A stretch of 64,000 bases of DNA from Flavobacterium sp. (GTDB lineage: Bacteria > Bacteroidota > Bacteroidia > Flavobacteriales > Flavobacteriaceae): assembly GCA_035387925.1 (NCBI GenBank), contig DAOOOV010000013.1:182-64181 (forward strand), given 5' to 3'. Position 1 is the first letter of the stretch. The number at the start of each line of letters is the position of its first letter. Shown here in pieces: positions 20,425-30,836 of this stretch. The position numbers and the translations under genes are program-made. The notes under the pieces were generated by a model that did no database searches, was not told the origin of the DNA, and saw only the letters and a list, made by a program, of their open reading frames with translations.

Positions 20425-21828
20425 ATGAGTTCATTTGACGTAGTCGTTATAGGTTCTGGCCCTGGCGGATATGTGTCGGCGATCCGTTGCGCACAACTCG
20501 GCTTTAAAACCGCAATTATTGAAAAATACCCTACTTTGGGCGGAACCTGCCTCAATGTGGGTTGTATACCTTCTAAGGCCTTACTCGATTCTTCGCACCA
20601 TTACCACGATGCCATTTCTCATTTTGCCGAGCACGGGATAGAAATCAGCGGCGACATCAAAATGAACCTCAAAAAGATGATCGAGCGCAAAGCATCGGTG
20701 GTAGACCAAAACGTCAGCGGCATCAAATATTTGATGGACAAAAATAAGATCACCGTTTTTGAAGGGATCGGATCCTTCCAAGATGCCACGCACATTAAAG
20801 TCACCAACGGTAAAAACTCCGAAGTGATCGAAGCCAAAAACACTATCATCGCTACCGGTTCTAAACCATCGACTTTGCCGTTCATCAAAATCGACAAGAA
20901 ACGCATCATCACATCAACCGAAGCTTTGCAACTTACCGAAATCCCAAAACACCTCGTCGTTATTGGTGGCGGCGTCATTGGGCTCGAGCTTGGCCAAGTG
21001 TATTTGCGTCTGGGCGCGCAGGTATCGGTAGTCGAATTCATGGATCGCATCATTCCGGGAATGGACAGCGCGCTTTCTAAAGAACTCACCAAAGTCCTTA
21101 AAAAACAAGGCATGAAATTCTACACATCGCACAAAGTGAAATCGGTCGAGACCAAAGGCAAAACGGTCACTGTTTTAGCCGATTCCCCAAAAGGAGAAAC
21201 CGTTACGCTCGAAGGCGATTACGCACTGGTTTCTGTCGGAAGGCGTCCATACACCGATGGGCTTGCTGCCGAAAAAGCCGGCATTACACTCACCGACCGC
21301 GGACAAATCGAAGTCAATGACCATTTGCAGACCAATGTTTCTAATATCTACGCAATTGGCGATGTCGTTCGCGGCGCCATGCTCGCACACAAAGCCGAAG
21401 AAGAAGGCGTGATGGTGGCCGAAATTCTCGCCGGACAAAAGCCGCACATCGATTACAACCTGATTCCTGGTGTCGTTTACACCTGGCCCGAAGTGGCTGC
21501 GGTAGGAAAAACAGAAGAACAATTAAAAGAATCGGGAGTTGCCTATAAAGCCGGAAGTTTCCCGTTCAAGGCGCTCGGAAGATCACGCGCGAGCGGAGAC
21601 ACCGATGGTTTCGTGAAGATCCTCGCCGATGCCAAAACCGATGAAGTCCTGGGCGTACACATGATTGGCGCAAGAACTGCCGACTTGATTGCCGAAGCCG
21701 TCACTGCAATGGAGTTCCGCGCTTCTGCCGAAGACCTTTCAAGAATGAGCCACGCGCACCCAACCTATGCCGAAGCCGTCAAGGAAGCCGCCCTCGACGC
21801 TACAGACAAGCGTCCGTTGCACATGTAA
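20425..21828 (+). CDS. lpdA: Dihydrolipoamide dehydrogenase
   Basis: GGTCLNVGCIPSK redox disulfide, GGGVIGLE, HAHPTYAE. Confidence 0.97.
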   Translation: MSSFDVVVIGSGPGGYVSAIRCAQLGFKTAIIEKYPTLGGTCLNVGCIPSKALLDSSHHYHDAISHFAEHGIEISGDIKMNLKKMIERKASVVDQNVSGIKYLMDKNKITVFEGIGSFQDATHIKVTNGKNSEVIEAKNTIIATGSKPSTLPFIKIDKKRIITSTEALQLTEIPKHLVVIGGGVIGLELGQVYLRLGAQVSVVEFMDRIIPGMDSALSKELTKVLKKQGMKFYTSHKVKSVETKGKTVTVLADSPKGETVTLEGDYALVSVGRRPYTDGLAAEKAGITLTDRGQIEVNDHLQTNVSNIYAIGDVVRGAMLAHKAEEEGVMVAEILAGQKPHIDYNLIPGVVYTWPEVAAVGKTEEQLKESGVAYKAGSFPFKALGRSRASGDTDGFVKILADAKTDEVLGVHMIGARTADLIAEAVTAMEFRASAEDLSRMSHAHPTYAEAVKEAALDATDKRPLHM

Positions 21829-21892
21829 AATAAAAAATAACCCATCGTTTGTCGTTCGACATTGGTCATTTGTCATTCAACTTTCCACCAAC

Positions 21893-21927
21893 AAAAAACC
21901 CGTCCAGCAATGAACGGGTTTTGTTTT
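21893..21927. terminator. Bidirectional terminator
   Basis: AAAAAACCCGT-ccagcaatga-ACGGGTTTTGTTTT. Confidence 0.65.
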
Positions 21928-21962
21928 CAATGGCGGCGAGCAGCACAATGGCGATGTTTTCC

Positions 21963-22877
21963 TTAAAGTGCCGGTTTTGTTTTCCTCAAAGTTTTCCTGT
22001 ACACGAGAAAGCCCAAAAATGCAAGTAAGGCAAGGCTCCACAATTGTACCACAAACGCCAGCACCGATTCCAGGATGTACCAACCGGTTTTGATCGATTC
22101 GATCAGTTGCAAGCCAATATTAGGCCGCGGCGTCACGACACTCGCCACCAATTCCTTTCGCGTGGTTTCGGGTTGGTAGATTTTCAAAGTCACCGTACTA
22201 AAGGCAATCTGGTCTTTCAAAGCGAGGTTGCTCAGTTTGGCCTGGTCGTAATTTTCGTTTTTGCCCGCTAGCGCTTCTTCGGCATCGATAATCTGACTGA
22301 GTTTTTTGCCTTTGCTGTCAATCGCTTTTTCAATGCGCCGTTGCTGCGTGCTATTGCGATTTTGCGTCAATTGGTTAGACAACAATTGCAGGCTCACGTC
22401 GTCGGCTTTGATGACGCGAGCATCCAGGAAATCGACTTCTTTGGCAATGGTTCGCACTACGGTATCCAATTGGGCATTGGGCACTCGGATCGTCAGGTTG
22501 CTTTCTACGGTATACCTTGTGGTGACCAGTGTACTGTCCTGGCTGAATTGGGTTTCATCGCGATGCGAAATGACGCTTTCCAGATTAGAATGGGTCACGA
22601 GCCCGCCGAATCGGGTTGTGGTCTTCTCAATATCCGAGGTCGATTTCGCAACATCTGTCACCTTAAACCTGAAATCGGCCGTACGGATGAATTTTCTGTT
22701 GTCGCTGAATTTTTTTGCGGTATCGGCAGCGTTCGCGGCGTTGCCCATTGCGGTACTTTCGCTAGCCGATGAAGTGGCGACAGCAGCTTCTTCAGAAGCA
22801 GTTTCGCCTTGTTTGCAGGAAATAAAAAGAGTAGTGGCGGCCAGCAAGGCCCATGCAGGTTTCATGATTGTCCTCAT
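21963..22877 (-). CDS. DUF4349 family lipoprotein with C-terminal TM helix
   Basis: Lipobox FISC, RKFIRTADFRFKV, LTIRVPN, FSTVTLKIYQ, C-terminal hydrophobic helix; start 22877 or 22865. Confidence 0.82.
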   Translation of the reverse strand: MRTIMKPAWALLAATTLFISCKQGETASEEAAVATSSASESTAMGNAANAADTAKKFSDNRKFIRTADFRFKVTDVAKSTSDIEKTTTRFGGLVTHSNLESVISHRDETQFSQDSTLVTTRYTVESNLTIRVPNAQLDTVVRTIAKEVDFLDARVIKADDVSLQLLSNQLTQNRNSTQQRRIEKAIDSKGKKLSQIIDAEEALAGKNENYDQAKLSNLALKDQIAFSTVTLKIYQPETTRKELVASVVTPRPNIGLQLIESIKTGWYILESVLAFVVQLWSLALLAFLGFLVYRKTLRKTKPAL

Positions 22878-23049
22878 AATTTGATTGTTAAAGATTAAAC
22901 GTATTGTGAATGGATTTTGCGCTAAACCATAAGTAGTGTTCAATCGATAAGCATCAAATTTTTAAGAAGTTGGTTGCGCCGCAATAAAAAGCGTGCCACA
23001 ATTTTTCTGCGGTTTTTGTTGTAATTTTGGCCCGAGCTAAACCTGACTT

Positions 23050-24339
23050 TTGAGAACTTCTGCCCGCAAGACCATCTTAGACCCGATCCGATTCAAACAA
23101 CAGCTTTTGCATTGGTCGGCACCACTACGGGAAATTGTCTACCTGGACAGCAATGACCATCATGATGCTTACTGCCAATACGACTGTGTACTTGCCGTGG
23201 ATGCATTTACGTCTTTGCAAACCGATTATCTCAACGCATTCGAAGACCTCAAACAATACCAGCAAAACGCCAAAGACTGGCTTTTCGGATACCTGTCGTA
23301 CGACCTCAAAAACGATGTAGAAGCCTTACATTCAAACAATTTTGACGGATTGGGTTTCCCCGATTTGTTTTTTTTTCAACCCAAGAAAATCTTCCTGCTT
23401 CAGGGCAAAACGCTCGAAATGCAATACCTGGCCTTGTGCGACGATGAAATAGACGGGGACTTTGAAGCGATTCTGGGTTGCGAGCGTTTCAGTCGGGAAT
23501 CCGATGCGCAAAAACTGGCAGTCCAACAGCGGATTTCCAAAGAAAATTACCTCGCAAAAGTAGGCGAGATGCTGGCGCACATCCATCGAGGGGATATTTA
23601 CGAAGCCAATTTCTGCATGGAGTTTTTTGCCGAAAATGCCTCGATTGATCCCATCCAAAAATTCGAAAAACTCAATGCCATTTCCCGACCGCCATTTGCC
23701 GTCTTTTTCAAAAACAACCAGCATTTCCTGCTGTCGGCTTCGCCCGAGCGCTACCTTCAAAAATCGGGTGAGCGGCTCGTTTCGCAGCCCATCAAAGGTA
23801 CCGCGCCGCGTTTTGCTGATGCTGATAAAGATACCGAGTCTAAGCAGCAGCTCGCATCAGACCCAAAAGAGCGTTCAGAAAACATCATGATTACCGATTT
23901 GGTGCGCAATGATTTGTCGCGTACGGCACAAAAAGGTTCGGTACAGGTTGCAGAACTCTGCGGGATTTACTCCTTTATGCAGGTACACCAAATGATTACC
24001 ACGATTGAATCGAAACTGTCCCAGGATTATAACTCTGTCGACGTTTTCAAAACCACGTTTCCTATGGGCAGCATGACCGGCGCGCCCAAAATTTCGGCCA
24101 TGCAGATCATTGAAAAACTCGAAGAGACCAAACGCGGATTGTACAGCGGTGCTGTTGGTTATTTCACGCCAGCCGGCGATTTCGACTTCAACGTGGTGAT
24201 TCGTAGTATTCTGTATAACGCTCAAAAAAAATATGTTTCGTTCTCTGTGGGCAGCGCCATCACCTCGTTGTCTACTCCAGAAAAAGAATACGAGGAATGT
24301 TTGCTCAAAGCAAAGGCGATGCGCGAAGTGCTCTCCTAA
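23050..24339 (+). CDS. pabB: Aminodeoxychorismate synthase component I
   Basis: GDIYEAN, SASPERYL, PIKGT, KERSENIMITDLVRNDLS, FPMGSMTGAPK chorismate-binding motifs; TAATTTTG box at 23022. Confidence 0.88.
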   Translation: MRTSARKTILDPIRFKQQLLHWSAPLREIVYLDSNDHHDAYCQYDCVLAVDAFTSLQTDYLNAFEDLKQYQQNAKDWLFGYLSYDLKNDVEALHSNNFDGLGFPDLFFFQPKKIFLLQGKTLEMQYLALCDDEIDGDFEAILGCERFSRESDAQKLAVQQRISKENYLAKVGEMLAHIHRGDIYEANFCMEFFAENASIDPIQKFEKLNAISRPPFAVFFKNNQHFLLSASPERYLQKSGERLVSQPIKGTAPRFADADKDTESKQQLASDPKERSENIMITDLVRNDLSRTAQKGSVQVAELCGIYSFMQVHQMITTIESKLSQDYNSVDVFKTTFPMGSMTGAPKISAMQIIEKLEETKRGLYSGAVGYFTPAGDFDFNVVIRSILYNAQKKYVSFSVGSAITSLSTPEKEYEECLLKAKAMREVLS

Positions 24340-24365
24340 TCCAATTGAAATTGCTAAATTTGGGC

Positions 24366-25676
24366 ATGTTTGAAAAATTCCAGTCGCATCTGGCCAAAAA
24401 TCTTAATTTCCTGCAAGGCAAACGTTTGTTGTTGGCCATCAGCGGCGGCATAGACAGCATGGTAATGCTTGATTTGCTCGTCAGATCCCGACAGGAAATC
24501 GCCATCGCTCATTGCAATTTCCAGTTGCGTGGCGCCGAGAGCGTGGCCGATGAAAAATGGGTCAGGGATTACGCAGCCCAACACCAGATCCCGATTTTTG
24601 TGACGCATTTTGATACCAAAACCTTCGCTGAAGATTACAAATTGTCAACCCAGGTAGCGGCGCGCGAACTTCGTTACAACTGGTTTTACGAATTGCTCGA
24701 CACCCACAATTTCGACTACGTGCTCACCGCGCACCATGCCGACGACAACCTCGAGACTTTCCTGATCAACCTTTCGCGTGGGACGGGCTTAGACGGATTA
24801 ATCGGAATCCCGCAGCAAAATGACAGGATTGTCCGCCCTTTGTTGGTTTTCAATCGAAGCGAAATTGAGCATTATGCCAGCGCCAATAAAATCCAATGGC
24901 GCGAAGACAGCAGCAATGCCTCAGACAATTATTTGCGCAACAAAATCCGCCACAACCTTGTCCCGATGTTAAAAGATTTGCATCCGGATTTCCTGGCTTC
25001 GTTTGCAAAAACCCAGCAATACCTGCAGCAATCGCAGGAGCTTGCAGAAGATGCGGCAGTAATGGTGTACCAACAGGTGGCACAGGAAGCCAACGATGAA
25101 ATCCATTTCAACCTTAAAAAACTCAAACAATTACCCAATTATAAATCGTATCTGTACCAATGGCTCAGGGAATTTGGGTTTACCGCTTGGGAGGATATTT
25201 ATCACCTGGCAGAAAGCCAATCGGGCAAACAAATATTATCGACCGAATACCGACTGTTAAAAAACCGGGATTTTCTTATCCTACGCCCTTTGGGCAAGGA
25301 AACGGAGCCTGAGGAATTTTGGATTGAGAAGGACAGCCAAGTTAATATTCCCTTAAAACTCACATTTAGTAAAACTGAAGCACAATCGGGCGGTTCCAAT
25401 TCCGTTATATTTGTCGACGAGGAAAAACTCGGGTTTCCGTTGCTGCTCAGGCGATGGAAACAAGGTGATGTTTTTCTGCCCGCAGGCATGAACGGCCAGT
25501 CTAAAAAACTCAGTAAATTCTTCAAGGATGAAAAGTTGTCTTTGATAGAAAAGGAAAATACCTGGCTATTGTGTTCTGCAAACCAAATCGTATGGGTAAT
25601 TGGGCGTCGTGCCGACGAACGGTTCAAACCCACACCAACAACGAAACAAATTTTGAAAATAGCTTTAACCCCATGA
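24366..25676 (+). CDS. tilS: tRNA(Ile)-lysidine synthase
   Basis: AISGGIDS, AHCNFQLRG, ARELRYNWF, TAHHADDNLET, YLRNKIRH; ATG at 24366. Confidence 0.96.
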   Translation: MFEKFQSHLAKNLNFLQGKRLLLAISGGIDSMVMLDLLVRSRQEIAIAHCNFQLRGAESVADEKWVRDYAAQHQIPIFVTHFDTKTFAEDYKLSTQVAARELRYNWFYELLDTHNFDYVLTAHHADDNLETFLINLSRGTGLDGLIGIPQQNDRIVRPLLVFNRSEIEHYASANKIQWREDSSNASDNYLRNKIRHNLVPMLKDLHPDFLASFAKTQQYLQQSQELAEDAAVMVYQQVAQEANDEIHFNLKKLKQLPNYKSYLYQWLREFGFTAWEDIYHLAESQSGKQILSTEYRLLKNRDFLILRPLGKETEPEEFWIEKDSQVNIPLKLTFSKTEAQSGGSNSVIFVDEEKLGFPLLLRRWKQGDVFLPAGMNGQSKKLSKFFKDEKLSLIEKENTWLLCSANQIVWVIGRRADERFKPTPTTKQILKIALTP

Positions 25677-27724
25677 AACAACAAATGAGCGAATCCCGCC
25701 AAAAATGGAGCAACATCCTGTTTGCCATTTTGACCTTCCTGACCTTTGTCGCTGCCAACGCACAGCTACTCGAACCCGTGAAATGGACTTCGAGAATCGA
25801 GAAGAAATCAGCCACCAATTTCATCCTGCACTTTGACGCCACGATAGAAAAAGATTGGCATGTGTACTCGCAGTTCACACCCGAAGGCGGCCCGCTGCCC
25901 ATGGAATTCGATTTCAAAAACAGCAAAGGGAATTACAAGCTTGTAGGCAAAGCAATCGAAGGGAAGTACAAGACTCAATACAACGAAGTATTTGAGGTGA
26001 ATGAATACTATTTTGAGTCTAAGGCGCATATCCAACAGGAAATCAGCGTGACCAACCCCAAGCTAAAAACCGTTGAGGTCGTGCTCGATTACCAGGTTTG
26101 TAAAACCTCTTGTATCAATGGCAATGAAAAGTTTAACTTTACCATACCGGCCCAGTTGCCAACCGAGGCAGCTTCTGCGCCGGTGACTCCAGAAATGACC
26201 GCAGACACCGCACAAACTACAGCCGTTCCAGAAGTGAAACCACAACCTGAAATTGTCACGGCCAACACCACCCAGGAAGCTAAAGCGCCCGAGCAAAAAC
26301 CGGCAGAAAGCAAAGGACTGCTCACCATTTTCTTCCTCGCTTTCCTTGGCGGATTTGCCGCCTTGCTCACGCCTTGCGTCTTCCCGATGATTCCGCTTAC
26401 CGTGAGTTTCTTTACCAAACAAAGCGGTACGCGCAGCAAAGGGATCGCCAATGCGCTTTTCTACGCTTTCTCAATCATCTTCATATACGTAGCACTCGGC
26501 TTGGCCGTCACCGGAATTTTTGGTGCCGAAGCCTTGAACCAACTGTCTACAAGCGTGATTTTCAACGTAGTATTCTTTGTGATTTTGGTATTTTTTGCCA
26601 TCTCTTTCCTGGGTGCTTTTGAAATCGTGTTGCCGCAATCCTGGGCCAATAAGGTAGACCAACAAGCCGGGAAATCGGGGCTGATCGCCATATTTTTCAT
26701 GGCCTTGGCGTTGGCTATCGTTTCGTTTTCGTGTACCGGACCTATTGTAGGGACATTGCTTGTAGAATCGGCGTCAAAAGGCGGTATTGCTCCGATTGTA
26801 GGTATGCTTGGATTCTCTTCGGCGATTGCGTTGCCGTTTATGTTATTCGCATTATTTCCGTCTTGGTTGAATTCTTTGCCCAAATCGGGCGGTTGGATGA
26901 ATACCGTAAAAGTCTGTTTGGGTTTCCTTGAACTTGCCCTTGCGTTTAAATTCCTGTCGAATGCCGATTTGGTGTTGCAATTGCACTTGCTTGAGCGCGA
27001 AGTATTCATCGCCATCTGGATTGCCATTTTCGGAACTTGGGCGATGTACTTACTAGGGAAAATCACACTGGCGCACGACGGGCCGCTGGGGTATATCTCA
27101 ACGGGACGTTTGCTCATGGGTGTGCTTGTACTTACGTTTACCATTTATTTGATTCCCGGAATTTGGGGCGCACCGCTCAAATTAATCAGTGCTTTCCCGC
27201 CGCCGATGGAATACAGCGAAAGTCCCTTGGGTCTTGGTGGCGAGACCGCCGCAATTGCTGAGCTGCCCGAAGGTGCCAAAAGCGGCCCGCACAGTTTGGT
27301 GGTTTTTGACGATTATGAAAAAGGACTCGCTTACGCCAAATCGGTGAACAAACCGGTCATGCTTGATTTCACTGGGTTTGCCTGTGTGAATTGCCGTAAG
27401 ATGGAGAACAACGTTTGGTCGGATGCCAAAATTTTGCCGATTTTGAGGGATGAGGTGGTTTTGATTTCGCTATATGTAGATGACAAACGCCCTTTGCCTG
27501 CGTCAGAACAAACCGTGACAAAGGATGGCGATGAGATAGAAACCATCGGTGACAAATGGACCGAATTCATGATCTCGAAATACCAGACCAATACCCAGCC
27601 GTTGTATGTTTTGATTGACCTTGAAGGCAACAACCTCAATACAGTAAAGCCAACAATCAGCTATGTCAGTGTCTCCGAATATGAGAGCTGGCTCAAGCAA
27701 GGTCTGGCCAACTTCAAGAAGTAA
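25673..27724 (+). CDS. dsbD: Protein-disulfide reductase DsbD family (N-domain, TM domain, thioredoxin domain)
   Basis: YQVCKTSC, LLTPCVFPMIP, SFSCTGP, FTGFACVNCRKME; ATG at 25673 overlaps the tilS stop. Confidence 0.93.
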   Translation: MKQQMSESRQKWSNILFAILTFLTFVAANAQLLEPVKWTSRIEKKSATNFILHFDATIEKDWHVYSQFTPEGGPLPMEFDFKNSKGNYKLVGKAIEGKYKTQYNEVFEVNEYYFESKAHIQQEISVTNPKLKTVEVVLDYQVCKTSCINGNEKFNFTIPAQLPTEAASAPVTPEMTADTAQTTAVPEVKPQPEIVTANTTQEAKAPEQKPAESKGLLTIFFLAFLGGFAALLTPCVFPMIPLTVSFFTKQSGTRSKGIANALFYAFSIIFIYVALGLAVTGIFGAEALNQLSTSVIFNVVFFVILVFFAISFLGAFEIVLPQSWANKVDQQAGKSGLIAIFFMALALAIVSFSCTGPIVGTLLVESASKGGIAPIVGMLGFSSAIALPFMLFALFPSWLNSLPKSGGWMNTVKVCLGFLELALAFKFLSNADLVLQLHLLEREVFIAIWIAIFGTWAMYLLGKITLAHDGPLGYISTGRLLMGVLVLTFTIYLIPGIWGAPLKLISAFPPPMEYSESPLGLGGETAAIAELPEGAKSGPHSLVVFDDYEKGLAYAKSVNKPVMLDFTGFACVNCRKMENNVWSDAKILPILRDEVVLISLYVDDKRPLPASEQTVTKDGDEIETIGDKWTEFMISKYQTNTQPLYVLIDLEGNNLNTVKPTISYVSVSEYESWLKQGLANFKK

Positions 27725-27726
27725 AG

Positions 27727-27756
27727 AAAATCCCAATCGAAAGGTTGGGATTTTTT
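27727..27756 (+). terminator. dsbD terminator
   Basis: AAAATCCCAA-tcgaaagg-TTGGGATTTTTT. Confidence 0.75.
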
Positions 27757-27792
27757 GTTTATTTTCATCGGGTGATTTTTTTTTGAAAAAAA

Positions 27793-27820
27793 AGGAGGGT
27801 GTTGGCACTTACAGTTGTCT
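27793..27820 (+). promoter_or_regulatory. Putative ECF-sigma promoter of the Kazal lipoprotein
   Basis: AGGGT-N14-TTGTC, identical in spacing to the motif at 52140-52167. Confidence 0.55.
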
Positions 27821-27847
27821 AAGCTAAGAATCTAAAAAATCAACGAT

Positions 27848-29287
27848 ATGAAAACCATCAAACTTTTACTTTTCTTTGCGGTGTTTGCTACCGTTACCTT
27901 TTATTCGTGTTCGGATTCTGATCCGATCGAAAACAAGACCGCGGCCATCCCGCAAAAAAGTATCGCATTGCGTACGGCAATCAACGAAATCAAGAAAGCC
28001 AACGAAATCAGTGGCAAGCCTGCCAAAGCACAAGCCAGGACAGCGACCAATCCGTTTTGTTTTAATTTTGTTTATCCGCTGACTTTGTCGTTGAGCAACA
28101 ACACCACAATCACCATTACCAGTTTCGAAGGTTTGTTGGATGTACTCGGCAGCGAATCGCCCAGTTTGTACGTGGTTGGAATCGGGTTTCCGTTCCAGGT
28201 GACCTACGGAGGCGCAGTCCACACCATAGCGACCGAAGGTCAGTTTATTGCCCTGATCCAGTATTGTGGTTTCAATACGCTCAATTTTGATTTGTCGCAA
28301 ACGGCTTGTTTTGAATTCGTGTATCCGTTGGGCATCATCGTCGCAGACGACTTGCTCGACGAAGTAAATTCGAATGAAGAATTGCAAAATTATATCAGCC
28401 AGAATAACAATTACGGCATCAATCTCGTCTATCCGGTTTCGGTCAATTATGGCGGTGAAATCGTGGTTATCAATAACATTTATGAGATGTACGAGATGAT
28501 CAACAATTGCGATGTGTGCATCTGTACTTTAGAATATGCACCGGTTTGTGTGCAAACGCCCAACGGTATTGTAGTATACAGCAATTTGTGTTTTGCTATG
28601 TGTGCGGGTTATGACCAAAATGATTTGGTATCTTGTAATCCATCTACCGATTGCAGCATCACCAACGTCCAGGTTACTCCTGGTGTTTGCAATAATGCCA
28701 CTTATGAGCTCACCATCAATTTTACTTACAACAATCCAACGGCGACCAACTTTAATGTGGTGACTGGTTCTGGTATAGTTGTGGGCAATTATAACCTGGC
28801 TGATCTACCCATTACAATCCCCAATTATCCGCTGGCCCTGACTACCGTAGATAACTTGCACATTGAAATGACCGGTGGCTGTGTTGGATATGCGTCATGG
28901 TCAACGCCTAATTGTATCTGCAACTGCCCAACGAATTTTGATCCGGTTTGTGTGCAAACGCCTACAGGACTAGTGCAATACGACAACGCTTGTTTTGCAC
29001 AATGCGCCGGGCACTCACCAAACGATTTTGTTACCTGTGGCGTAGTACCCAATAACTTTGGTACCCAATTGGGCTCTTGCTTCCAGATGAATTACCCTGT
29101 TCAGGTAATGTCAAGCGGCCAGGTCATCACGGTAAACAGCAACGGCGAATTGTTGCAATATTGGAACCCTGCGATGGGTGCCTTACCCAATATGGTCTAT
29201 CCGATAACGGTTACTTTTGGCAACCAAACGATGATCTTTGCCAATGCCGCAGCATTCCAGGCTCAGATTGCCACTTCGTGCAACTAA
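27848..29287 (+). CDS. Cys-rich lipoprotein with YP(I/V) repeats and two Kazal-type domains
   Basis: Lipobox FYSC followed by SDSD; CICTLEYAPVC...YSNLCFAMC...C and CNCPTNFDPVC...YDNACFAQC...C fit the Kazal Cys spacing. Confidence 0.78.
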   Translation: MKTIKLLLFFAVFATVTFYSCSDSDPIENKTAAIPQKSIALRTAINEIKKANEISGKPAKAQARTATNPFCFNFVYPLTLSLSNNTTITITSFEGLLDVLGSESPSLYVVGIGFPFQVTYGGAVHTIATEGQFIALIQYCGFNTLNFDLSQTACFEFVYPLGIIVADDLLDEVNSNEELQNYISQNNNYGINLVYPVSVNYGGEIVVINNIYEMYEMINNCDVCICTLEYAPVCVQTPNGIVVYSNLCFAMCAGYDQNDLVSCNPSTDCSITNVQVTPGVCNNATYELTINFTYNNPTATNFNVVTGSGIVVGNYNLADLPITIPNYPLALTTVDNLHIEMTGGCVGYASWSTPNCICNCPTNFDPVCVQTPTGLVQYDNACFAQCAGHSPNDFVTCGVVPNNFGTQLGSCFQMNYPVQVMSSGQVITVNSNGELLQYWNPAMGALPNMVYPITVTFGNQTMIFANAAAFQAQIATSCN

Positions 29288-29376
29288 AGGAATGAAAGGG
29301 AAATAAATTAGTAGTTATTTTTTATTGCCACACACACTTTGCAGAAAGGGTGTGTGGTAATAAGTTTTTATAAAGG

Positions 29377-29904
29377 ATGCATCAAAGAAACCTACAGCCT
29401 GAAACCCAATTGTGCTCAGAAAGCGTCTTCAAGACGGTTTTTGAGTCGCATTTTAAATTGCTGCGGAATTTCCTGATATTCAAATTTAAGGATGTAGAAA
29501 GGGCAGAGGATACGGCGCAAAATGCCTTTGTCGTGCTTTGGGAAAACTGTGCCATGATCAAGCCAGAACAGGCCAAAAGTTTTCTGTTCACCACCGCGAT
29601 ACGGCTCTCACTGAACCTGATTAAGCACGATAAAGTTGTCCTGAATTTTGAATTGCAATCAAAATCCAACGGCACACACCACGAATCGCCCGAGTTCCTC
29701 TTGCTGGAAAGCGAACTCAAAAAGCGACTCGAAAAAGCCATCAGCGATTTGCCCGAAAAACAGCGTACCGTATTTTTACTGAACCGGTTTGAAAACCAAT
29801 CCTATACCCAAATTGCGGCTTTGCTCGACCTGTCGGTAAAAACTGTAGAAAAAAGGATGCACCTGGCGCTCGTCTCATTGCGTCAGGTCGTCAAAAACGT
29901 TTGA
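29377..29904 (+). CDS. ECF RNA polymerase sigma factor (FecI-like)
   Basis: AEDTAQNAFVVLWEN (region 2) and LPEKQRTVFLLNRFENQSYTQIAALL..SVKTVEKRMH (region 4). Confidence 0.93.
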   Translation: MHQRNLQPETQLCSESVFKTVFESHFKLLRNFLIFKFKDVERAEDTAQNAFVVLWENCAMIKPEQAKSFLFTTAIRLSLNLIKHDKVVLNFELQSKSNGTHHESPEFLLLESELKKRLEKAISDLPEKQRTVFLLNRFENQSYTQIAALLDLSVKTVEKRMHLALVSLRQVVKNV

Positions 29905-29918
29905 CCCAAATAAATGAA

Positions 29919-30836
29919 ATGAAGATGGATAACGCAAACAATGAAAACACATTCCTGGCCGATTGGCTCGACGGTAAAATAACCGACGCCGCTTTGCGCG
30001 AGAAAGTATCGGCTGCCGATTTTGAAGCCTACCTCAAACTGAGGGAAACTTTGGGCTTGTACCAAATCGCCGATCCCGACATGGCGCAACAATACGCCAA
30101 GATAAAAGCCAAACGCATTGCCGCCAACAACGCCAAACCCGTTCGCAAAATAAGGCCTTACGTGTATTTATCGGTCGCGGCGAGCCTGTTGCTGTTTTTT
30201 GGGTTCTACCAGTTTTTCGCGTTTGCCAATCACCTGCAAACCGGTTATGGTGAAACAACTGCTTTGACGTTGGCCGATGGTTCGGTCGTGACACTCAACG
30301 CCCAATCAAAGGTAGATTATCCGCCGCTTTTCAAGTACAATCGCCAACTGCAACTCGATGGCGAGGCTTACTTTGAAGTACAGAAAGGCAGCCAATTCAC
30401 TGTTGCAACGGCGCTCGGCGAAGTAGCCGTCCTGGGTACCAAATTCAATGTCGTCGCGCAAGATGGTTTTTTTGAGGTGGTTTGCTTAGACGGGCGCGTA
30501 AAAGTCACGCACAACCGGCAATCGACGATTCTAACCAAGGGCGAAGCCGTTCGTTTTTTCAAACAAAGACAAGAAGAATGGACGCAAAATAGCAACCGCG
30601 AACCCGATTGGATCGGTGGCGAATCGACCTTTAAAAATACGCCGCTGCAGCAGGTCATCCGGCAGTTTGAAAACCAGTACCATTGTTCTGTACAATATCC
30701 CGAAGCGCTGGGCAACATCCGATTTACGGGAAGTTTTACGCACCGAAATCTTGAAACGGCTTTGCAGTCGATTTGTATCCCGTTGCAATTGCAACACACC
30801 CAAACCGGCAACCGCAAAATTTCGCTGGCGCAATGA
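29919..30836 (+). CDS. FecR family anti-sigma/sensor
   Basis: Single TM, LADGSVVTLNAQS, LDGEAYFEV, VLGTKFNV, C-terminal FTGSF; ATG at 29919 or 29925. Confidence 0.92.
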   Translation: MKMDNANNENTFLADWLDGKITDAALREKVSAADFEAYLKLRETLGLYQIADPDMAQQYAKIKAKRIAANNAKPVRKIRPYVYLSVAASLLLFFGFYQFFAFANHLQTGYGETTALTLADGSVVTLNAQSKVDYPPLFKYNRQLQLDGEAYFEVQKGSQFTVATALGEVAVLGTKFNVVAQDGFFEVVCLDGRVKVTHNRQSTILTKGEAVRFFKQRQEEWTQNSNREPDWIGGESTFKNTPLQQVIRQFENQYHCSVQYPEALGNIRFTGSFTHRNLETALQSICIPLQLQHTQTGNRKISLAQ

